The translations under genes were made by a program, and so were the position numbers. The notes under the pieces were generated by a model. It saw only the letters and a program-made list of their open reading frames with translations. It made no database searches and had not been told where the DNA came from. A stretch of 40,516 bases of DNA from positions 1-40,516 of the IMG/VR virus record IMGVR_UViG_3300024038_000021, one strand, 5' to 3'. This stretch comes from a virus (Duplodnaviria > Caudoviricetes). Positions 1 to 7,178 of the stretch are shown here, piece by piece (position 1 is the stretch's first letter; each line of letters opens with the position of its first letter).

Positions 1-146
1 CGTCGCCGAGGCCGCGCCATAGTCGCCCGTCGCCGAGGCCGCGCCATAGTCGCCCGTCGCCGAGGCCGCGCCATAGTCGCCCGTCGCCGAGGCCGCGCCA
101 TAGTCGCCCGTCGCCGAGGCCGCGCCATAGTCGCCCGTCGCCGAGG
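1..146 (-). repeat. Perfect 27-bp coding tandem repeat (5 full units plus 11 nt, runs off the window edge), encoding GDYGAASAT on the minus strand
   Basis: Unit cgtcgccgaggccgcgccatagtcgcc at 1, 28, 55, 82 and 109, partial at 136. Confidence 0.97.
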
Positions 147-900
147 GGCCTTCGGGGAAGGCGCGATCCGTGATCCACTTCACCGCACGCGAAACCATCT
201 CCGGGATTTTGATCTCGGCCGAGATCGTGATGCGCGCGGCTGCTGCTTTGGTATCCTCGTCGTGAAATCCGACCTGCCCACCGAGTACAACCTCGGCGAA
301 ACGACCGGATGCCGGCGGATAGTAGTTGAAGACGTCGAGCGGATAGAGGCAGGCGTGATAGCCACGCTTGCAGGCGGCGATATTGCCATCGAGTTCATAC
401 GTTTTGCCGATCTCATATTGGGTGCGGATGCCACGATCCGGATTGCAGATCAGGGCTTTGTCGAATCCCTTGATGGCAATCAGACCACGATCATCGACGC
501 CAATGACGTTCGGCCACGGGCAGGGATCGCCGGGGAACCGGCGGAAGCTGTCGACGAGGAGCTGCGCCAGCTTCGGCGCGCGCTTCGGAAGCTCAGAAAG
601 CCCCGTCCCGAGCCCGGCGGCCGGCACGTAGACAGTCTTGCCGGCATCGAGCGCATTCGCAATCTGCTTGATCTCGGCGAGCAGGATATCCCTGCATTCG
701 GCGGTGTCGGCGAAGAAGTCATCGTCCGCCATGCCGGGGGCGCGCTTGGTGGCGACGCCGATGGTGTTGGGTTCGCCGCGCATGGCGCCGGCCTGTCCTC
801 CGAGACCGGCGCGCCCCAAGTTGTCGCCGAACACGAAGACGGCGCCCGGCTCGGACTGCACCATCTCGCGGGTGATCATCTGCACATATTTGACGGGCAT
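1..900 (-). CDS. Phage early protein (3' end outside window): N-terminal VFVFGDN..GGQA domain, a KGFD..C..QYEIGKTY..GYHAC..PLDVFNYYPP domain (DUF7666-like), then GDYGAASAT repeats
   Basis: My own translation from ATG 900 (MPVKYVQMITREMVQSEPGAVFVFGDNLGRAGLGGQAGAMRGEPN...) is open to position 1; GGAGA SD upstream; missing from the ORF track because it has no stop in the window. Confidence 0.88.
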   Translation of the reverse strand, partial: MPVKYVQMITREMVQSEPGAVFVFGDNLGRAGLGGQAGAMRGEPNTIGVATKRAPGMADDDFFADTAECRDILLAEIKQIANALDAGKTVYVPAAGLGTGLSELPKRAPKLAQLLVDSFRRFPGDPCPWPNVIGVDDRGLIAIKGFDKALICNPDRGIRTQYEIGKTYELDGNIAACKRGYHACLYPLDVFNYYPPASGRFAEVVLGGQVGFHDEDTKAAAARITISAEIKIPEMVSRAVKWITDRAFPEGPSATGDYGAASATGDYGAASATGDYGAASATGDYGAASATGDYGAASAT

Positions 901-974
901 TCTCTTTTCTCCAGATATGGCTTCGCCGTTCCCGGAAACTCCGGGCTACCGGCTTCGGCGATGTGGGGTGGTGG

Positions 975-1271
975 TCAGGCCGCCTGTTTGGCGGCCGGCT
1001 TGATCAGGATGCGGGTTGACGTGCTCTCGGTGTAGTAGCCGTCAAGGGCGTCGCCGAGGTCGGCCTGAAGGCGCTTGGTGTCGAGGCGTTTGCTGGTGCT
1101 CTCCGAGGCCGTGACGATGTAGTCGGCGCCGCGGCAGACGTTGAGGCCGCGCCGGCGGAATTCCTCCTTCATCTCGTCGAGCATCTCGACACGCGCCTTG
1201 ATGTCGCTGTCGGCGCTCCCGATCTCGTCGGCAAGCAGATCGGTCGGCATGTTGTGGTACTGATTGGGCAT
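975..1271 (-). CDS. Conserved-looking phage early hypothetical protein (MPNQYHNMPTDLLADEIG...)
   Basis: AAGGAG SD before ATG 1271; phage-like ..RLDTKRL.. motif. Confidence 0.75.
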   Translation of the reverse strand: MPNQYHNMPTDLLADEIGSADSDIKARVEMLDEMKEEFRRRGLNVCRGADYIVTASESTSKRLDTKRLQADLGDALDGYYTESTSTRILIKPAAKQAA

Positions 1272-1282
1272 GTCGATCTCCT

Positions 1283-1363
1283 TCAGGCCGGCAGGCAGAT
1301 CCAGGCGCCGAAACAGACAATCAGGATGACGATGAGGCCGGCGATGTCGCGGAATACGGCCAT
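1283..1363 (-). CDS. 26-aa hydrophobic peptide (MAVFRDIAGLIVILIVCFGAWICLPA)
   Basis: TGATG coupling to the upstream gene; single TM segment. Confidence 0.55.
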   Translation of the reverse strand: MAVFRDIAGLIVILIVCFGAWICLPA

Positions 1364-1740
1364 CAGGCCGCCCTCGCCTTGACGGTCGCCGCGTCGGCAA
1401 GCGGGTTGTACTGGACGTCGATGAGACGCAGGATTTCCCGCTCGACGATGTCTGCCAGCGTGCCGTCCGGATCGCTGGTCCGAAGCCGGGCCACGTCGAA
1501 AGCGTGAGTGGGGCCGCCGAATTCGGAGCGATAGGAAATCTCGGCGATATCCCAATCGTCGCCGTCATGCTCCATGGTCACGACGCAGTCCATGCCGGCG
1601 AGAAAGACGCCGACGCGACCGAACAGTTCGACATGGGTGGGGATCTCGGCGACCTCGCCGGCCAGATCGGCGTTGTCGTAGCGATCAGGATAGGCCGAAA
1701 GGCGGTTGCTCCAGATGGCGTCGGCGGAAGCATGGAACAT
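1363..1740 (-). CDS. Phage hypothetical protein, first gene of the leftward early operon
   Basis: GGAGG SD before ATG 1740; acidic 125-aa ORF. Confidence 0.7.
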   Translation of the reverse strand: MFHASADAIWSNRLSAYPDRYDNADLAGEVAEIPTHVELFGRVGVFLAGMDCVVTMEHDGDDWDIAEISYRSEFGGPTHAFDVARLRTSDPDGTLADIVEREILRLIDVQYNPLADAATVKARAA

Positions 1741-1800
1741 GGTGTCCTCCATCTCTCCGCTTCTTCGTGCCGCGGGGCGGCAGATCAGCGGTGGCACCTA

Positions 1801-1853
1801 TGTAACCTAACAGGTAACAGATGCGCAAGAGGATTGTTTCCATGTAGGTAACA
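1801..1853. promoter_or_regulatory. Left operator pair (OL-like), 17-bp GTwACC-N5-GGTAAC-type sites
   Basis: GTAACCTAACAGGTAAC at 1802-1818 and GTTTCCATGTAGGTAAC at 1836-1852; the same motif recurs between cI and cro. Confidence 0.8.
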
Positions 1854-1860
1854 TCACGAA

Positions 1861-1900
1861 AGAAAAAAGAGACGCTCCGGCGAACCCGTCACCGCGAGCG
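1861..1900 (-). terminator. Rho-independent terminator after the repressor gene
   Basis: Minus strand CGCTC-GCGGTGA..TCGCCG-GAGCG hairpin followed by TCTCTTTTTTC. Confidence 0.65.
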
Positions 1901-1922
1901 CCCCCCTCACGCATTCAACCTA

Positions 1923-2255
1923 TCAACCGAACTTGGCCATCTTGAACCGGACGAACTCGATAACCTCCTGGCGAACCTCCGGCGGGGCGTCCCGCAACAT
2001 ATCGTCCAGGGTTCTTGGTGTACCGGGCGGGCATGTTATAGGGTCTTCAGGGCGTGGACAGCCAATAACATACGAAAATGATTCTAGATAATCCTTGCTC
2101 CAGGGTCGTTTCCCGCTCTCAACACGCGAGACCGTTTGCTTGGTGGTCTCCATTCGATCGGCCAGTTCTTGTTGTGTCCAGCCTTTCCACTCGCGCCACT
2201 CCTTGAAATAGGTTCTGACGGGTCTGGTGTTCTTTAGTCCGATCCGGGCGGGCAT
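1923..2255 (-). CDS. XRE-family HTH phage repressor (cI-like, no S24 peptidase domain)
   Basis: KEWREWKGWTQQELADRMETTKQTVSRVESGKR HTH; divergent from a cro-like gene. Confidence 0.88.
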   Translation of the reverse strand: MPARIGLKNTRPVRTYFKEWREWKGWTQQELADRMETTKQTVSRVESGKRPWSKDYLESFSYVIGCPRPEDPITCPPGTPRTLDDMLRDAPPEVRQEVIEFVRFKMAKFG

Positions 2256-2282
2256 CGCTACTCTCCATTCTTTTCTAAAAGA

Positions 2283-2358
2283 GTAACCTAATTGGTTACC
2301 TGTGTAGTTATCCCCACAGGTAACTAATGCCTTGCTAACGTGTTACCTGTGTGGTAAC
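2283..2358. promoter_or_regulatory. Right operator region (OR-like)
   Basis: GTAACCTAATTGGTTAC at 2283-2299; inverted repeat GTTACCTGTG (2295-2304) / CACAGGTAAC (2315-2324); GTTACCTGTGTGGTAAC at 2342-2358. Confidence 0.82.
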
Positions 2359-2367
2359 CGTCTGGCC

Positions 2368-2580
2368 ATGGACGGGCTAACCGACTGGCGAAAGACCAAC
2401 CAACTCACTGCGAAGCAGGCCGCTGATCTGATCGGCGTCAGCCGCACTCAGCTTTTCCGCCTTGAGAGCGGAATGCGGCGCCCATCCGCTTCGCGCGCCA
2501 AGCAAATTGAGGCAGTGACCGGCATCCATCGTTCGCGGCTGCGTCCCGACATATTCGAGTCCCCGGCCACACAGGGATAG
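2368..2580 (+). CDS. Cro-like HTH regulator
   Basis: LTAKQAADLIGVSRTQLFRLESG...LRPDIF, typical Cro/YdaS-like ending. Confidence 0.88.
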   Translation: MDGLTDWRKTNQLTAKQAADLIGVSRTQLFRLESGMRRPSASRAKQIEAVTGIHRSRLRPDIFESPATQG

Positions 2581-2586
2581 GACAGC

Positions 2587-2709
2587 ATGCACAAGAACAA
2601 TCTTTCCGACTTCGTCATCGGTGCGACCAGGCTCTTTCTGGCCGGGTCACTTGCCGGGGTGAGCTTCACCATCGCCGCCCTCAGCCTCTTCGGCATGCTC
2701 ACCAGATAA
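2587..2709 (+). CDS. 40-aa membrane peptide
   Basis: ATG 2587 after AGGA, MHKNNLSDFVIGATRLFLAGSLAGVSFTIAALSLFGMLTR; fills the cro-rusA gap. Confidence 0.55.
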   Translation: MHKNNLSDFVIGATRLFLAGSLAGVSFTIAALSLFGMLTR

Positions 2710-2720
2710 CGGGGCGCCCA

Positions 2721-3179
2721 ATGACTACCACCGCCGATATCGGACACCCTGCGGTTCATCCGCATCTAGCACCGGTTTCGATCACCATCCCCGGCGATCC
2801 GGTAGGCAAAGGGCGGCCCCGTTTCTTTCGCGGTCGAGCCGTGACGCCGGCCAAGACGCGAGCCTACGAACTGGCCATCAGGGCGGCCGGCGAAAAGGCT
2901 GTCCGCGAGCATGGCCGGTTCAACGACGCCCAGCCGCTCCGTATCCGGGTTGAGGCCCGCATGCCCATCCCGCCGAGCTGGTCGGCGCACAAGCGTCAAC
3001 AGGCGGTCAGCCAGAGCCTCCGGCCGACCGGCAAGCCCGACTGCGACAACCTGCTGAAGGCCGCGGCCGACGGGCTCAACGGCGTGCTCTATCGGGACGA
3101 TGCGCAGCTCGTCGAGACAAGCATCGTCAAGGCGTACCACGAAAGCCCGGCGCTGATCATCGAGGTCAGCGCCGTGTGA
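2721..3179 (+). CDS. rusA: RusA-family Holliday junction resolvase
   Basis: PVGKGRPRF and KPDCDNLLKAAADGLNGVLYRDDAQ motifs. Confidence 0.92.
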   Translation: MTTTADIGHPAVHPHLAPVSITIPGDPVGKGRPRFFRGRAVTPAKTRAYELAIRAAGEKAVREHGRFNDAQPLRIRVEARMPIPPSWSAHKRQQAVSQSLRPTGKPDCDNLLKAAADGLNGVLYRDDAQLVETSIVKAYHESPALIIEVSAV

Positions 3180-3292
3180 ACGGCAACCAATCCCGGCGCC
3201 CGGTGCGTGCCTCCTCCCGGCACGCGGTCTTGATCGCCGCTCTTCCCCGCCGGGCGCCGGGAATAATGGAGCGGCGCAGGGAGAACGATCAG

Positions 3293-4072
3293 ATGGCAAT
3301 CAGCCTTGCATCACTCAAGCGCGTGTCGGCGGTCATGCCGCCGCGCATTCTGGTCTACGGTCCGCCGGGCATGGGGAAGACGACGTTTGCCAGCGAGTTC
3401 CCGAGCCCGGTGTTCATCCAGGTCGAGGACGGCACGCCGTCGGGCCTCGAGATCGACACCTTCGGTCATCTGCAATCATTCTCTGAGGTGATGGAAGCGC
3501 TCTACGCGCTCGCCAACGAGCAGCACGATCACCAGACCGTCGTCATCGACAGCATTGACAAGCTCGAGCCGCTGGTCTGGGCTCAGACCTGCGAGGACAA
3601 CAAGTGGTCCGACATCGAGAGCCCCGGTTACGGCAAGGGCTACATCGCCGCTGACGCTGTGTGGCGGGAGCTGTTCGGCGTCGTCAATCTCCTGCGCAAC
3701 TCGGGCATGGCGATCGTCTTCATCGCTCACTCGACGATCGACCGTTTCGACGATCCGCAGACCACGTCCTACTCTCGCTATGACATCCGCATCCACAAGC
3801 GGGCGATGGCGCTCTTCCAGGACGACAGCGACGCCATCCTGTTCATCAACCAGGACGTCACGGTCAAGGAGAAGGACGCCGGCTTCGGCAAGAAGGAAGC
3901 CAAGGCCACCGGTGGCGGCAACCGCTTCATCTACACCGAGGGGCGCCCGTCGTTCGTAGCGAAGAACCGTTACGGCTTCCCCGACAAGATCCTCTATCGC
4001 CAAGGCGAGGGCTTCGCCGCCATCGCCCCCTACCTTCCCGGCGCCGCTCCGGCGGCCCAGGCTGCGGAGTAA
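3293..4072 (+). CDS. AAA_24-type (Sak4-like) phage ATPase
   Basis: Walker A YGPPGMGKT, Walker B VVIDS, IAHS and AKNRY motifs; next to an SSB gene. Confidence 0.9.
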   Translation: MAISLASLKRVSAVMPPRILVYGPPGMGKTTFASEFPSPVFIQVEDGTPSGLEIDTFGHLQSFSEVMEALYALANEQHDHQTVVIDSIDKLEPLVWAQTCEDNKWSDIESPGYGKGYIAADAVWRELFGVVNLLRNSGMAIVFIAHSTIDRFDDPQTTSYSRYDIRIHKRAMALFQDDSDAILFINQDVTVKEKDAGFGKKEAKATGGGNRFIYTEGRPSFVAKNRYGFPDKILYRQGEGFAAIAPYLPGAAPAAQAAE

Positions 4073-4078
4073 CCGGCC

Positions 4079-4687
4079 ATGGCTCAGCTTCCCGGCACCT
4101 TCAATCCCGATGAGTTCCCGTCCGACGACTTTGATCCGATCCCGGATGGCTGGTATCCCGCCCAGATCATCGACAGCGAGATCAAGGACACCGCCAGCGG
4201 CGGCCAGATGCTGAAGCTTTCTGGCGAGATCACCGACGGCGACTTCAGCGGTCGGCTCTTCTGGGACAACCTCAACATCGTCAACCGCAGCGAGGTTGCC
4301 CAGCGCATCGCCAGCCAGCGGCTTGGCAAGTATTGCGCCGCCGTTGGTCTCGGGCCGATCGACGACACCGAGGATCTGCACAACATCCCCTTCATGGTGA
4401 AGTTGGTGATCGAGCCCGGCGAGGGTCAGTATCGCGACAAGAACATCGTGAAGGACGTCAAGCCTTACGAGAACGCGGCGTCGCAGTCGGTGGCACGCGG
4501 GACGGCCGCGGCGAAGCGCCCCGTCCAGCAGCAGCCGGCCCCTGCTCGATCTGAGGCGCCGGCCCGATCTGGCAATCAGCAGCAGCGCCCGCCCCAGCAG
4601 CAGCGTCCGGGGGCGAGCGGGAGCAGCCGCCCATGGGGGCAGCGGCAGCAGTCGAGCCAGCATCTCGACGACGACATTCCGTTCTGA
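4079..4687 (+). CDS. Phage single-stranded DNA-binding protein (DUF669-like)
   Basis: DFDPIPDGWYPAQI N-terminus, Q/P-rich linker, DDDIPF acidic tail. Confidence 0.88.
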   Translation: MAQLPGTFNPDEFPSDDFDPIPDGWYPAQIIDSEIKDTASGGQMLKLSGEITDGDFSGRLFWDNLNIVNRSEVAQRIASQRLGKYCAAVGLGPIDDTEDLHNIPFMVKLVIEPGEGQYRDKNIVKDVKPYENAASQSVARGTAAAKRPVQQQPAPARSEAPARSGNQQQRPPQQQRPGASGSSRPWGQRQQSSQHLDDDIPF

Positions 4688-4774
4688 CGTAGCCGGGAGG
4701 CCGGTACTCGGGCGTTCCTCGTAGACCGGCCTCTGCTCTCCGACAATCCGATCCACCCGACATCGCGCGGAGGC

Positions 4775-5323
4775 GTGACGATGAACGTTGAACCTATGCC
4801 TGAAGACAAGATCAAGACCGCGTTGCAGGTGGCCGCCTCCATTCTGGAAGCGATCCGCCCCTACTGCCTGATTGATCTGACGACCAAGTACGGCATCTCG
4901 CACAAGGGGCATAAGCTCGGCTCCTTCACCATCGACGAGGCGCTCGACATCGCTGACGCAGCGCTTGGCGAGGCCGACTCCGGCCGGTTCGATCTCTCCG
5001 ACCATCTGGAACATCAACGCGAATGGTCAGATCTCGCGTTCGGTCCTGGCTTACGCACCGAGGGTGTCAGCGATCATATTCGCAAGGAGCTGATCGAGGT
5101 GGCCGCCGACCCGTGCGATCTTGCGGAATGGATCGACGTTGTCATCCTCGCTCTCGATGGCGCCACCAGATGCGCGAGGCATCTCGGTCTGCCGATGAGT
5201 GCCGTCGTCGACGGAATCATCGCCAAGCAGGCGAAGAACGAGGCTCGGCAGTGGCCGGACTGGCGGACGGCTGATCCCAACAAGGCGATCGAGCACGTCA
5301 GAGGCGAGGCCGATCATGGTTGA
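4775..5323 (+). CDS. DUF550-type MazG-like dNTP pyrophosphohydrolase (start uncertain)
   Basis: QREWS..FGPG....DHIRKEL.EV...DL.EWIDV.IL..DG..R...KNEARQWPDW...IEH. Confidence 0.85.
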   Translation: MTMNVEPMPEDKIKTALQVAASILEAIRPYCLIDLTTKYGISHKGHKLGSFTIDEALDIADAALGEADSGRFDLSDHLEHQREWSDLAFGPGLRTEGVSDHIRKELIEVAADPCDLAEWIDVVILALDGATRCARHLGLPMSAVVDGIIAKQAKNEARQWPDWRTADPNKAIEHVRGEADHG

Positions 5324-6272
5324 GCTTCCGCGCGCCGCCCGCTTTCCTACAGCCGAGGCCGTTTACGCTGCCTACGTCGAGGACAGCGACGACACCGAGC
5401 GCACCTATCTCGGTGCGTCTGTCCTCGGTGACGAGTGCGAACGCAAACTCTGGCTGGCTTTCAGGTGGGCTTTCCCTCCCGAGCGGTTCGAGGGCCGAAT
5501 GCTTCGGCTGTTTCAGTCCGGACACCGCGAAGAGGCGCGCCTGATTGCCGACCTGAAGCGCATCGGCGTGGTGTTCGATGAACTGCCCGACGGCGAACAG
5601 CATGCGGTCCGCTTCGCCGGAGGGCATGGTGGTGGTCACCTCGACGGCATCATCGTGTCCGGCGTCATTGAGGCGCCGGCCGCCCGTCACGTCTTCGAAG
5701 CGAAGACCCACAACACCAAGAGCTTCGCGAAGCTGGTGGCATCTGGCGTGAAGGCAGCGAAGCCGATGCACTACGCCCAGATGCAGGTTTACATGCACCT
5801 GAAGGGCATCGATCGCGCCTTCTATGCTGCCGTCGAAAAAGACACCGACAGCATCTATACCGAGCGGGTTCATCTTGACCCCGTAGCCGCCGTCGCTCTG
5901 TTGGCAAAGGCGTCGCGCATTGTCTTCTCGGATCAGGCTCCGGCCAGGATCAGCGAGAAGCCCGACTTCTACCTCTGCCGGTTCTGCGCTTATCAGGAAG
6001 CCTGCCACGGCTCCGCATGGCCGCGCATGAACTGCCGGACTTGCCTTCATGCCTCCGCGCTTTCAAGCGACGGCGCGTGGAGTTGCAACAGGCACGGCGG
6101 CAAGCATCTCTCCCGAGGAGACCAGTCCGCCGGCTGCGGCAACCATCTCTTCATTCCCGACCTGATCCCCGGCCGGCAGATCGACGCCGACCCGGAAAGG
6201 GAGACCGTAACCTATGCGCTGCGCGACGGCGGCACGTGGACAGACGGGGTGGCCGAAAATGAAGCAATTTGA
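5316..6272 (+). CDS. Cas4-like PD-(D/E)XK exonuclease
   Basis: YLGAS....C.R..W, GHLDG, EAKT, HYAQMQVYM, C-terminal CRFC...C cluster. Confidence 0.88.
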   Translation: MVELPRAARFPTAEAVYAAYVEDSDDTERTYLGASVLGDECERKLWLAFRWAFPPERFEGRMLRLFQSGHREEARLIADLKRIGVVFDELPDGEQHAVRFAGGHGGGHLDGIIVSGVIEAPAARHVFEAKTHNTKSFAKLVASGVKAAKPMHYAQMQVYMHLKGIDRAFYAAVEKDTDSIYTERVHLDPVAAVALLAKASRIVFSDQAPARISEKPDFYLCRFCAYQEACHGSAWPRMNCRTCLHASALSSDGAWSCNRHGGKHLSRGDQSAGCGNHLFIPDLIPGRQIDADPERETVTYALRDGGTWTDGVAENEAI

Positions 6273-6654
6273 GGTTGATCCCGGCAAAACGAAGATTTTC
6301 GATATCGAGCTGAACGGCAATCTTGAAGCGACCTTCATCGGACAGGCGCACTTCGGCGGCTCGGGGCCGACCGGTAGGACGTGCCGCGAATGCCAGCTCT
6401 GGCATGTGCTGAAGAATGCCAGCAGGGGCGCCGCCGCTTCGCCTCAGGCTCCCGGCTATTACAAGCGTCGAGCCAAGACGCCATACGAGCTTAAGCCCGC
6501 GAAGTGCCACGCCAAAGTGCCGAACAAGGCACCGGATCGCATCCCGCATTATGCCTCGGCGTGCCGGCACTTCGTCGAGAACAGCAACGCGCCGGCGGCG
6601 CGAATGGAACCCCCGAAAAGGCCGCGTCGCACGCCGAGCAAGGAGGCGAAATGA
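6259..6654 (+). CDS. Cys-rich phage hypothetical protein
   Basis: GQAHF.GSGP.GRTCREC...C...ACRHF; overlaps both neighbours. Confidence 0.7.
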   Translation: MKQFEVDPGKTKIFDIELNGNLEATFIGQAHFGGSGPTGRTCRECQLWHVLKNASRGAAASPQAPGYYKRRAKTPYELKPAKCHAKVPNKAPDRIPHYASACRHFVENSNAPAARMEPPKRPRRTPSKEAK

Positions 6655-7178
6655 TCGACCTCCTTACGCTTTTCGTCGACAGCTCGCTTTGCCTGCAAAC
6701 ATGGGCAGGCGGCTGGGGTGCGTGGGCTATCCGTAACGACTGGCAGGCTGGCGGCATGCTGTTCGGCGGCCGGTTTGGTCGCAATACCAACCCTCGCACC
6801 TCGCGGGAGGCGGAGCTATGTGGCATCGCCAACGCGCTTGCCGCGCTCCAGAAGCTCGATCACCTCGACGACGTCGAGCGTGTGCTGGTTCAATGCGATT
6901 GCCTTCAGGCGCTCGAAATGATCGCCGGCCGGTTGGATAGGGTGACGGTGAGCAATCACCCGGCCGGACACGGCATCCGGCCGAACATGATGAGGCCATC
7001 GGAGATGGAAACGGCGGCGCTGGCCTCGATCGAGAAGGCCGGCAAACCGCTGCTGGTCCGCCATGTCTACGGGCACCGCGGCGGCCAGAACCGCCAGTGG
7101 GTGAACCGGCAGTGCGACGCCATCGCCAAGGACTACATGCGCGAAGCCCGCGCGATGCGCAGGGAGGCGGCGGAATGA
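6651..7178 (+). CDS. Ribonuclease HI-like protein
   Basis: LFVDSS, GWGAW, AELCG, QCDC, RHVYGH, NRQCD (D-E-D-D RNase H pattern). Confidence 0.85.
   Translation: MIDLLTLFVDSSLCLQTWAGGWGAWAIRNDWQAGGMLFGGRFGRNTNPRTSREAELCGIANALAALQKLDHLDDVERVLVQCDCLQALEMIAGRLDRVTVSNHPAGHGIRPNMMRPSEMETAALASIEKAGKPLLVRHVYGHRGGQNRQWVNRQCDAIAKDYMREARAMRREAAE

Noticed and set aside
1-146. CRISPR array
   Set aside because: Units are contiguous with no spacers, are a multiple of 3, and are in frame within a CDS
262-1035. 257-aa plus-strand ORF
   Set aside because: Antisense shadow of the real minus-strand gene starting at 900
5316-6272. CRISPR-associated cas4
   Set aside because: No other cas genes or array; solo Cas4-like nucleases are common in phage recombination modules
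7106-7116. Late-promoter motif copy (CCGGCAGTGCG)
   Set aside because: Partial match explained by the conserved NRQCD codons of RNase H, in an early gene
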